Of a stretch of 64,000 nucleotides of DNA, positions 28,381 through 40,039 are shown piece after piece. This stretch comes from the human T2T-CHM13v2.0 reference genome, Homo sapiens. Positions within the stretch are counted from its first letter, which is position 1, and every line of letters starts with the position of its first letter. A program made the position numbers and the translations under genes. Below the pieces are notes generated by a model. That model did not search any database. It had not been told where the DNA came from and saw only the letters and a program-made list of their open reading frames with translations. The DNA lies in assembly GCF_009914755.1 (NCBI RefSeq), contig NC_060940.1; one strand, written 5' to 3'.

Positions 28381-28671
28381 TTTGTTTTTACACAAGGTCT
28401 CACTCTGTTGCTCAGGCTGGAGTACAGTTGCATGATCGTGGCTCACTGCAGCTTCAACTTCCCAGGCTCAGATGATCCTCCCACCTCAGCCTTCCTGGTA
28501 GCTGGGACTACAGGTGTGCACCACCACGCCTGCCTAATTTTTTGTATGTTTTGTAGAGATGGCGTTTCACCATGTTGCCCAGGCTGGTCTCGAACTCCTG
28601 GGCTCAAGTGATCTGCCCACCTCTACCTCTCAAAGTGCTAGGATTACACGTGTGAGCCACTGCACCTGGCC
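28381..28671 (-). mobile_element. Alu (AluJ-like)
   Basis: ggtctcactctgttgctcagg...gggctcaagtgatctgccc...tgcacctggcc; short TSD ctagtt. Confidence 0.95.
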
Positions 28672-28688
28672 TCTAGTTAGTTTTAGAC

Positions 28689-28999
28689 CTGTGCTGTCCA
28701 ATACCACGGCCACCAGCCACACATGGTCGCTGAGCACTTGAAATGAGGTCCTCATTGAGATGTGCTCTAAGTGTAAAACGCACACTGGATTTTGAAGACT
28801 TAGTATGAAAAAAAATATACAGTATCTCACTACTCATTTTTTGTATTGATTATATGTTGAAGTGATAATATATTTGATATATTGGGTTAAAATATATTAT
28901 CAACATTGATTTCACCTGTTTTACTTTTTTAAAATGTGGCTACTAGAATATTTAGTTTTAAACATGTGTCTTGCATTGTATTTCTATTGGAGAGCACTG
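28689..28999 (-). mobile_element. MER33 hAT-Charlie DNA transposon
   Basis: Termini ctgtgctgtccaata / tattggagagcactg; 8-bp flanks ttttagac / atctagag fit the Charlie target; internal ctggattttgaagacttagtatgaaaaa. Confidence 0.85.
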
Positions 29000-29498
29000 A
29001 TCTAGAGATTTGGTTGATTTGGATTAAAATTTTCGGCATGATTCCTCTCTAGGTAGGTGTTTCTGTGCACTTCCAGTTGCCTCACTCCAGGGTCCCTCAT
29101 GCCTTGGGGGGGGTCTTTCTTGCTGTGGTTGATGGGCAGGTTCTGGTGCTGGCTGCCTGATCTATCCATCACCACCCCCATCACCTTTCCTGCTCATGTT
29201 CCAGTGGGCACCAGCAATCACTGCTCAGGTGCATTATTTCATTAGAGATTGCAAAGGGCAGGTGTTTTAGCTCTACCTTTCCTTCCTCATTTGTCAGATG
29301 GGATCATCCGAAGAAGGGCTTCACTTCATCAGCTACATGGTTGTTGCAATGTTTAGTGTGTACAGGAAAGGCAGCAGAAATGCTTCACTCTTCCCCTTTG
29401 TATCAAGTTTAGAGTAATAAACTGATTTTGTAGCATCTTCCAAAGGTTTTTTTTTAAATATCAACATGAATTCATGGATTTAAATTTATATTTGATGA

Positions 29499-29933
<435 letters not shown>

Positions 29934-31239
29934 TGATTTTGATCCCTTGCCCTCTGGTAAACCTCTGAGTTCTTTCCTCTTCTTGGTAGGTTGGAAGATT
30001 CTCCCCCTAGATCGAGTTTTCGTAGAGCGGGGCCTGCCTGCATCCGTTGCTGCTCACCAGACCCAGAGTGTGGGGCTTCCTGCCAGCAGGCTATTCAGAG
30101 GAGCCGCCTTTCTCTTGGGCCTGGTTGCCAAGGTCCCAGCAAGAGGCTGGAGTTGAGGAGACAGCCAGCGCGGCTGGCCTGGGCCCCACGCATAGTAGGT
30201 GTTCCGGAAACGGCTGTTGAGTGAATGACAGGACTGCAAGCTGATCTGCCATACCACCTGGCTGGAGTGGGCTCCTTTCCACCCCGGGATTCTCCAGGAG
30301 GCCAGTTTGCAAATAGAGCTGGCCTTTGTTTCTCTGCCGTGTCGGGGACACCTTCCTGGGGCTGAGCCGGCGTGGAGCTGGGATTGTACCTCCAGCTTGT
30401 GCTGAGGGTGCTGACTTGGGAACCCCCCGGTCCGTTCTGGCCTGGCTGCTGTGCAGACCCGTGGGTCTAGGCAATGGGGCAAGGGTCAGATGGGTCAATT
30501 CCCAGAGTGGAGCTGCCTCCTGTTTCCAGGCCAAGCCGTTTTGCAAGGGACACAGGCATGGCCCTAGCTGGCTCCAGACTTAGTGCCATTACTTCCTGGT
30601 GTGAATATTTAAGATTCCAGCTCTCGGATCCTCTGGGCTGGCTTTCATTCCACTGACTTGCAACCTTTGCCCTGTTGTCTTTGCCCAAACCATATTTGCT
30701 GCGCTTCCCTCAGCCTAGGTGGGGCATTCTTGCCCCCACTGCCCAGTGCAATCCTGGGGCTAGAGGAAGGCTTTGTGTTTTGACCCCAAAACAGACCATG
30801 GGGTTTCCGTTGTGGTTGCTGCTGCTAGTTTAAAAGAAAAACAACAAAAACAAAACAAAACAAACGCCGCCAGCTTTGTTGATGTCCAGGGAATCTTCAT
30901 CCCTAAAATAATGCATTTGTTTATGGAGACTGACTTCATGTATTTACTATAGAAGAGACTAGAATCCGGTGACACTTCCAGTCTATTTGAGGAATGGATT
31001 TGCATCTGGTTTTGTGGTGAAGAGGGTAGGTGTCCCAGCCCATGCAGTTGGAGGGGTGGGGCAGGCAGGGAGGAGGAGGGTGGCTGAGAAAGCTTCCCCT
31101 TTGTGGGGGCGTGTGGCCACCTCCAGAGGATCAGGGTGAGGGAAGCTTCCAGAAGTGGCATGAGGAGGGAGGAAGAGGCAGCCCAGTTTGACCTTAGGAA
31201 CGAGGCTAACTTGGGGTGCAGTGGTCAGGAGTGTGACGA

Positions 31240-31640
31240 GACCATCCAGGTTCCAACCCAGCTGGCTACTCATTAGTCCATGACCTTAGACAAGTGGTTT
31301 GCGCTCACTGAGCCTCCATTCTTCATCTGCAAAATGGGTGTACTGTGAGAATTAGATGGGACAGCCTATTAATTAAGACTTTAGCGTGGCTCTCAGCACC
31401 GCATGGGCACCCCTGGTAGATCTAGTGTTGCGGTCAATCGCGGTGGCTCTGGAGCCTGAGAGCCCAGGAGAAGGTCATGGCTTCACCCCTTATAACCTGG
31501 GTCCCCGTGGGTTTGTTTCCAGACTTCTCTGTGCCTCAGTCTCCTTATCTGTAAAGTGGAGGAAACAGTATTTCCTGCTTCCCAGGGTGGTTGTGAAGAT
31601 TAAGTGACTTAATACACAATCCTTAGGCTGCTGCCTGGCC
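31240..31640 (+). mobile_element. two adjacent MIR SINEs
   Basis: tgaccttagacaag...catctgcaaaatggg and ctctgtgcctcagtctccttatctgtaaagtgg...gttgtgaagattaag. Confidence 0.7.
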
Positions 31641-33589
31641 TGTGTGTGTGCCGTGCCAGTGTGCGCCATGGTGGCTCTAGCTGTTGCTCATACTAACATC
31701 TTTCAGAGGAGCTACCACAGACCAAGTGGGGCGCTGGGGTCCAGTAACAGAAAATGCGATGAACACTCCCCTGAGCATCGTTGTTCGAGGGCCTGCTGTG
31801 TGCCAGGCCCAACAGCCCTGGAGGAAGGTCATATCCTTCCCATTTTCCAGAGCTGGAGACTGAGGCCAGGAGGTGACCCATGGCCACGTGGCCTGTCCTG
31901 GCAGGAGTGCCCTGTCCCAAAGCTCTCAGCCTTTTCCCTGTGCCAGACCGTCTTCTCCCAGTTAAACTAGAAGCATGACTCCAGCAGAGAGAAACCTACT
32001 GGGGGCTGTGCTTTATTCTGGGCTCTAGGGCTGAAGGATTGACCGGGCAGGTGAGGCTGAACCCTCTCACCTGTCAGCGAGGCCTCAAAATGACTCACAG
32101 CTGAAAGGAACACCTTGGCCTTCTGATTCTCATCCTTGAAGCGTTGTGGTCCCTCACGCTTCTAGATGGAAAAACACAAGGTCTGTGTTGGAGGGCACTG
32201 ACGTGTGTGGCGATGTAAGGAGAGGCACAGCTGATCTTGGCTTTGAAGGCTGGGTGGGCGGGCACCACTGGGCTTCTGTTTCAGAGAACGCACTATTGAT
32301 TTACTATTGAGTGCTTTGGGAGCACAGGGTCAGGGCTGGGGATAATGGGAGGCGTGTTTCGTCAGCCCAAGAGCATCGTTAAGTGGCCATCAGGAAATCA
32401 CAGGGCTGGAGGGGCTCTCAAATGAAGCATCACCGGCTTTATTCTTTTAGCAAATGTGTATCCTGCACCAGGCGCTATTCTAAGGACCGGAGGTTGGTAG
32501 CTGTGCCAGTCTGGGCCTGTTTGCCCTTGGGGTCCGTTCCTTGTCCTTGCTCTGATCTGCTGGGTGTGGTCGGGAGCCAATCTCTGTAGGTTCTTGTGTC
32601 CCAGGCTCCCGTGTCACTGGATTCAACCCGTGGGAGGAGCTGCTAGGAGGTTGGAAGGCAGGAGGAATGGAGAAGCCAGTGTTTCTACCTCCCTCAGTCT
32701 CCAGAGGCCACTCTGATGGCACCTGCAACTCCTCCGTGGCTCCAGCTCCCACTGGACGGACCCTATGGCCTGTCCTCTGTCGGCGCTTCCAGCCCCTGGG
32801 CCTCAGTCCTGCCACCTCCCCTGTGTCTCTCTGGCCTGCGGGTGGGGGCAGCTTCCTGCTGTTGCTAATCTCTGGGTTGCTCCATTGCCCCCGTTTGGGT
32901 TCTGGGATCTTCTTCCTTGTGTACCCAGTGCCCTGCGTTGGAGTCTCTCAGTTCCAGTGCCCAAGTGGCTTCCATCTCCTGGTTGGACTCTGACTGATCT
33001 AGCAATGAAGGTGACATGGCCCCAGCTTTGGGGTGGTTTCTAGTCCAGTCACTTGACTTCAGCAGCCCATTTTCTCACTCTTGATTCCTCCGGGGATTTT
33101 CTAAAATACACATGGAATCGCGCTTCTCTCCCGTTTTAAACGTTCTTCTAGCTCCCCCGGGTCCCCTCGTCCACCCGAGTAGGACTGCAATCATATTGAG
33201 CTGCTTTCTTTTCCTAAAGGAGCTCTACTTCGGTTCAGCCCTTGGTTTCTGCAGATACGTGCCGTGTTCCAGGCTTGGAAGCCCTCCCCACTCCCTTCCC
33301 TGGACACTCTCCCTGGACACTCTCATGCTCTTGCTCTTGGCCAGCCAGCTCTGCCTTCAGGACTCAGCTCATCGCCGTCAGAGGAAGCCTTCCCTGCCCT
33401 CCCAGCCTGGATGCATCTCGTCAGTGCGCGGGCACTTGTGCGTCACTGCTGGGGATTGGCTTGCTCTGGGCTGATAGCTTTAGTTGTCTGCAGCCAAACT
33501 GTGGGCTCCCTGGGGGCTGGGACCAGGGCTGGCTAGTGTACCACTGTGTCTGGGATGCCTGGCAATAGATATCGAAGCATCTAGGCATC

Positions 33590-34410
33590 TGTCCTCAGGA
33601 AATTCTCTCATGTTTGCATAGACACATACCCAAGTATGTGTCAGGTAGCATAGTGAAAAACCAGATGGCCTCCAAGGTCTTCAGTGAAAAACCACACGGC
33701 CTTCAAGGTCATCGGTGAAAAACCAGACGGCCTCCAAGGTCATCAGTGAAAAACCAGATGGCCTCCAAGGTCTTCAGTGAAAAACCAGACGGCCTCCAAG
33801 GTCATCAGTGAAACCCAGACGGCCTCCAAGGTCATCAGTGAAAAATCAGGCAGCTTTCAAGGTCATCACTGAAAAGCCAGACAGCCTTCAAGGTCATCAG
33901 TGGAAAACCAGACGGCCTCCAAGGTCTTCAGCGAAAAACCAGACGGCCTCCAAGGTCATCGGTGAAACCCAGACGGCCTCCAAGGTCATCAGTGAAAAAT
34001 CAGACAGCTTTCAAGGTCATCAGTGAAAAGCCAGACAGCCTCCAAGGTCGTCAGTGAAAAACCAGACGGCCTCCAAGGTCATCAGTGAAAAATCAGACAG
34101 CTTCCAAGGTCATCAGTGAAAGAATAGGTCAGTATGTCTTAGTACATTGATTCTGTGGAATATGATGCAGCAATGAAAAAGAATGAAGTGAATCTAAAAT
34201 GCATGACTGTGGAAAGATATCCAAGACATGTTATTGTCTAAGACTCATCACACAAATGCATAACACAAAGGTATTTTTTAATATGTATATGATTGCATAG
34301 AAAAATGAGACCAAGGAAACACCCTCCTCTGGCAAGAGAGTGGGCTTGAATTCAGGTAAAGGGGATTTTGTTGCTTTTCACACTTCTCATTTCTATATTA
34401 TTCAAATTGT
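33590..34410 (+). mobile_element. old L1M 3' fragment hosting the minisatellite
   Basis: tggaatatgatgcagcaatgaaaaagaatgaagtgaatcta...tggaaagatatccaagacatgttatt resembles the L1M 3' region. Confidence 0.6.
33651..34121. repeat. 31-bp minisatellite, 15 full units plus a partial; consensus CAGTGAAAAACCAGACGGCCTCCAAGGTCAT
   Basis: Units parsed by eye: 13 of 31 bp and 2 of 30 bp, head to tail with no spacers. Confidence 0.98.
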
Positions 34411-35531
34411 AATGACAGCCCTGTATTCACATATTAGCTGTGAAATTGCAAAGTATGTAATAGGCCATTATGAGAAAGAAAAAGCCCCACATTTTAGCCA
34501 GTGTGTCCTTGGAGTCTCCCCCGACAATGCCAGGGAAGTGGGAAACATTTTTTCCTGAAGAAATGTGGAGCAGAGGCGATTCTCTGGGTGTGTTTAGGAA
34601 ATGATCCCATCCTTCGGGAATGCCGTTTTTGGAGTTCGACGTTCTCTGGAGGCTTGGGAGATGCAGCCAGGGCGCAGAGTTGGCAGTGGCTGCAGACATC
34701 TCTTTTCAATGTGGACCTCCTGCCACAGCCACGAGATTCAAGGATTTTCTAGGAAAATGAACGCCAGTGGATGTGTGGAATTTTTTCACAAAGTAAGTGA
34801 CGGGGGTCCCTTTGCACTTCTCATGCCCCCATGGTTAATTGTGTGTGTGTGCTGGAAGTGGAGGAGGGCGGTGGGTGGTGCAGCTGTTTGAGGACTCACC
34901 CTTCTTCGGAAGGCTGGGGTCAATGGGGTGCTGTTTCCCCGAGTCAGTTGAAACGCCCATGGCTAAAGCCTGTGGATCATCTCACCCCTGCATTTCCTAT
35001 TTGGCTCTCACTTTGGTCGAAAGACAGCGGAGCGCAGAAAATCTGTCATAATTGTGAAAGTAGGACCTGTCATCCTCTAAGGGTCATTCTTCCTGGCCCA
35101 CCGGGCTTGTTGACACCTGGAGTTGGGTAGCAGAGAGAGGGATGTCGGGACCGTGAATTAACAGTGGCCACCACTTCATGGTGAATGGCATCCAGACAAC
35201 ACCTTCACCTGTCTGGGGAAGAACATAGGCTAGGCCTGGGAGAGGCTGTCTACTGAAGTCCCTGCAGGGGTCCAGGCTGGACTATACCCCTCCAGCTTGG
35301 CGAGAGAGCCAAGGACCAGCAAGGGAAGTGATGTACGCTGAGAACCGTCCGGGCGCCCAGCACGGGTCAGGGCCTTTGGCTTACAGGCTGTGTTTATTTC
35401 TGAGCAGCCCTATGCAGTTGGCATTAGCATCCTACCGTTCCCACTAGCCAGCTGGGACTCAAACCGATTAAGTAACTGTCTACCTGCTTCCTGTGTTCTG
35501 TGTCTGTTGGTGTTGATTAAAAAATATAAAA

Positions 35532-36123
35532 GGCCAGGTTCATGCCTGTAATCCCAGCACTTTGGGTGGCCGAGACAGGAAGATCACTTGAGCCCAGGAG
35601 TTCAAGACCAGCCTGGGGCAACATAGCGAGACCTGCATCTCTATTTTTTTTTTTTTTTTTTTGAGACAGAGTCTCACTCTGTTGCCCAGGCTGGAGTGCA
35701 GTGGTGCGATCTCAACTGACTGCAACCTCCGCCTCCCAGGTTCAAGCAATTATCTGCCTCAGCCTCCTGAGTAGCTGGGATTACAGGCGCCCGCGCCACG
35801 CCTGGCTAATTTTTGTATTTTTATTAGAGACGGGGTTTCACTGTGTTGGCCAGGCTGGTCTTGTACTCCTGACCTTGTGATCCACCTGCCTTGGCCTCCC
35901 AAATTGCTGGGATTCCAGGCATGAGCCACTGTACCCGGCCTCAAAATATTTTTTAACAGAAGTAGCAGGGTGTGGTGATGCCTGTAGTTGCAGCTACTCA
36001 GGAGGCTGAGGTGGGAGGATCACTTGAGACTGGGAGGTTGAGGCTACAGTGAGCTGTGATCGCGCTACTGCACTCCAGCCTGGATGACAGAGTGAGACCC
36101 TGTCTCAAAGCAAACACACACAC
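35532..36123 (+). mobile_element. AluJ-like element split in its A-rich linker
   Basis: Left monomer 35532-35643, right monomer 35941-36123 (gtgggaggatcacttgag). Confidence 0.93.
35644..35940 (-). mobile_element. Alu (AluS-like) nested antisense inside the AluJ
   Basis: poly(T)-gagacagagtctcactctg...gtacccggcc. Confidence 0.97.
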
Positions 36124-36359
36124 AAAAAGTAAAATCCCTGTGATTATATTTTTGCTAGTACTTGCTAAGCTGTAGCTGCTTCAATTTGAGAGCAGAGCCT
36201 GGGCTGCCCAAAGAAAGTCCTGACCCCTTAACTCAGAACTCCGTCAGCAGAGGAATTGGGTTCTCTGGGCTGTTCTCTACTCAGGCACACCCTTGCTGGG
36301 CCTCCCATGCCCCAGGGCAGTCCAGGAAATAGTGTGTGCATGGTGGAGGGGAAGGACCT

Positions 36360-36520
36360 TGACTGAGACCAGACAGGGTTGGAATCTTGGGTCTCCTACT
36401 TCCTGTCTCTGTGACCTTGGCCAACCATTTAACCTCACTTGAGGAAATTGAGCCTCAGTTTCCTCATCTGTAAAGTGGGGTTGTTATGACGATAAGACAG
36501 GATAAAACACATGAAACAGC
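36360..36520 (+). mobile_element. MIR SINE
   Basis: ctgtgaccttgg...gagcctcagtttcctcatctgtaaagtgggg. Confidence 0.8.
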
Positions 36521-37180
36521 CAGCATTTTACCACTTTTAACCTACAGAACGGCAGTTTGACATGGCTCACTCAAGTATGTCCATCATGGAGATGCCTCAG
36601 TGAGGTGCTGGGACATGGTAGACTCAGTAATGTTCCCTTCCTCTCCTCCAGCCCTCAGTGTTGAAGGCTTTGTCATCCTGAATGGCGACGAATGGGAAGT
36701 GAGCTCTGAAACTGAAACCACCATTTGGGGACAAAAGCTGGCATTGTAGTTGTGGCTCTCTGGGAAGGTCTCATCTGTCTTCTCGGGGCTGTTCCCTAAA
36801 GCTGTCATTACGCTGGCTTTGCGGCAGGGGTGCAGCAGCAGTGGGTGGTGATGCGGCTGCTCTTGAGTGGCCTGGTGGGGTCATTTCAGTTTCAAGGCCT
36901 TGGAGAGTGTGCTTAGCAGGTGGGGCCTAAGATTTGCATTTCAGCTGCCCAGGTAGTCAAGAAGCGGTATAGCAAAGCGGCTGTGAGCCCATTCTCTGGA
37001 GTCCTGCTGGCTGGGTTTGAACCCCAGGTCTGCCTCTTGCCTGCTGGTGCACTCAGCCAAGTTACTTCATCTGTCTGCCTCGATTTCTTCATCTCTAGTG
37101 GTTTCTACCTCAGAGACTCTGGGAGCCACAAACAGGATCCCACTTCTTGAACAATGCCTAGAACAAATAAGCAATTTCTA

Positions 37181-37344
<164 letters not shown>

Positions 37345-37375
37345 AGAGAGAGAGAGAGGGAGGGAGGGAGGAAGG

Positions 37376-37415
<40 letters not shown>

Positions 37416-37439
37416 AGAAAGAAAGAAAAAGAAAGAAAA
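37345..37439. repeat. (GA)n/(GGGA)n/(GAAA)n polypurine tract
   Basis: Directly visible, occupying the position of the monomer tail. Confidence 0.95.
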
Positions 37440-37519
37440 TCAAGATGAGCTGTGATTAATAAGTAGGGCCTGATTATTGGAACTTGGCATTGGATATAAT
37501 TAAGTTGATCAGAATTTCT

Positions 37520-37650
37520 CATGACTGGAGAGTCAGACAGTCTGCCCATTGTGCTGTGTGACCTTGGGCAAATAACTTAACTTCTCTGAGCCTCATTCCT
37601 GTGTAAAATGGGTGTAGGAAGTGAGGAATTAGGTTTATAAGAAGGGTTGT
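37520..37650 (+). mobile_element. MIR SINE
   Basis: gctgtgtgaccttgggcaaataacttaacttctctgagcctca. Confidence 0.8.
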
Positions 37651-38086
37651 GAGGAGGAAGTCAGAGGCTGCTTCTGGGAGGGCCTAATCCTGGTGCCTGG
37701 GTCTCCCGTAGGAGCTGCTGTCGTGAGTGTGTGGCTAAATTGTGGGGAGCTCCCTGGGTTTCGCATCCTCTTTAAATTAGCGGTGGCATGTGTCAGAAAA
37801 AGGACCCCCCGCCCCCTGGGCTCTTCACTGATGCATTTTGCCCTGGAGCTTTTTGCAGCCTGGGAACAGGAATGTGCTTTATACAAGATTTAATTTTGGG
37901 ATAAATTCTTGAGGAACAGGAGGAGGGCTTTTATACCAAAAAATGGATTGTTCTGGAAGGCTTTTCTTTGTCACTGCCCGGTCGCCGTGACTGTGGACCA
38001 TGGGACCCTTTCAGCCCCGAGGCCTTTCGGCAAGCCTTCCTGAGTGGCCTCTGCATCATTGCTTGCTGAGCGGATGGTACTGCACG

Positions 38087-38125
38087 GTTGCCATGGTAGC
38101 AGCAGGATGTGGTTCCTATGGTGAT
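38087..38125. promoter_or_regulatory. pair of RFX X-box-like motifs
   Basis: GTTGCCATGGTAGC (38087-38100) and GTTCCTATGGTGAT (38112-38125). Confidence 0.4.
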
Positions 38126-39734
38126 GGTCGGCAGTGGCAGGAAGACAGCAGAGGTTTTAGTTATCTGGTGGCTTCGCATTTGCCACCCCCCCCGAATAGC
38201 AAACACGAGCTGCCCCCGCTGTCGTTCTGCTCTGTAGAACCACCGGTGACCGCCAAGGTCGGCTGCCTCCCTGAAATGCCACTGCAGGTTCTTGGAAGGA
38301 CTGGGTTGCAACAATAGCATTTCTGCTTCCAGAAGAGGAGGGGGCTGAGTGTCTCTAAGGGTGCGTCACCTGAGGGGAGGGTGCTTATATTCACACTCTG
38401 AACCTAGCAGGTCGAGTCTGTGCGGAGCTTCTTCAAAAAGCCCCTCCCTGGAGTGAATTTTCTTTTCCTTCTAAGTCTTGTGTATTTGTAGACAGATGTG
38501 GGATGATGAGCTAACAGGAGAAACCAATTGGCTTTTGAAGCTCCTATGATACCTTGTAGATTTCAAAATGGCCAGTTTAGGGGGTCAGTTGGGTTTTCAA
38601 ACATAAGATACTTTTCTACAATTGGGAGTTGGCCGAGATTAGGGAAAGGAGAAAGGTATCCTGAGTGTTCCCTTGTCTTTTTGGTATCCTATATCTTACA
38701 GATAGAATTTCTCCAAGAAAGGCCAGTGTCTGATACAGTGAAATGCAGGGTACAGAATATTGTTTCCTTTTTATCCAGGAAGGCGAGAAGAAAAGCGTAT
38801 AAGCAGGATTTCAGAGGTGCTGTTACAATTTAAGAGTAAATCTGATATTTAGGAGCCAAGTGCAGACGGATGAGGTTTCTGCTTGTCCATTCACACTTGA
38901 TAAGGCTGCCACTGCCTAAGACAAGGGAAATGTCAGACATCTTTGCTTCTAGCTGGAATCCTATCAACCCAGTGTGGCAACACCGATTCGCCCACGATGA
39001 TCAGGAGCTCCCATTGGCGATCGATGATGTCACTGGGTTTCCTGGAGTGTGATTGGTGGGTTGGGCCCTGTCATCAGAGCCCTAAGCCAGGTGGCCACAC
39101 CTGGATTGACACAGGAGGGACACAGCTTCAGTGCTGCTCCATCCACTGAAGCACACCCAGAGCTCCCTGAGGGTCTATGCAGTGCCCAGTAGAGTTCTCC
39201 TTCTCACTTGAAGTAGCCAGAGGCCAGAGGGGTGTCTTCTGGCATAGCCATGGGGTGCCTGGGCCTGGATTTTTGTTAGAAGGGTGCCATTTAGTGAGCA
39301 CTGCATACTGTGATAGACTTTTCTTCTTTTTGAATTTTGAAAAGTAAAAAGAATAAACACACAATTTAGCATACCCAATCAGTAGGACATGTGGCTTCAC
39401 CACCTACTGATGTCAAGATGCCTTCCAGGTTGGTTAACAAATAAACAAGCAAACAGGAAGCAAAAGCCACAAAGATTAGTATCATAAAATCGCATTTCTA
39501 CCGCCCCGACTAGAGCATTGTTAGTATGTTGTCCTCTTTGCTTTGCCTTTTTTTTAAGTGAAAGAAATAAAACATTACTGGAAAAGGTATAATTACTTGA
39601 CATTCACCTCTAATTTACTACCCACCTCCAGGTACCCCCTTATTGTAAGTCCCTTGTGCATCTTCACATTTAAAATATTTTTACACACACACACACATAA
39701 TCATAAACAATATATAACATTTCTTTGTATATGG

Positions 39735-40039
<305 letters not shown>

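Noticed and set aside
33651-34121. CRISPR-like array, repeat-protein ORF (33808-34026) or estrogen response element array
   Set aside because: Units are contiguous with no unique spacers in eukaryotic DNA; a 31-bp period shifts frame; GGTCA is not followed by TGACC at 3-bp spacing
38870-39052. Protein-like 60-aa ORF as a possible coding exon
   Set aside because: No convincing flanking splice sites and no recognisable homology
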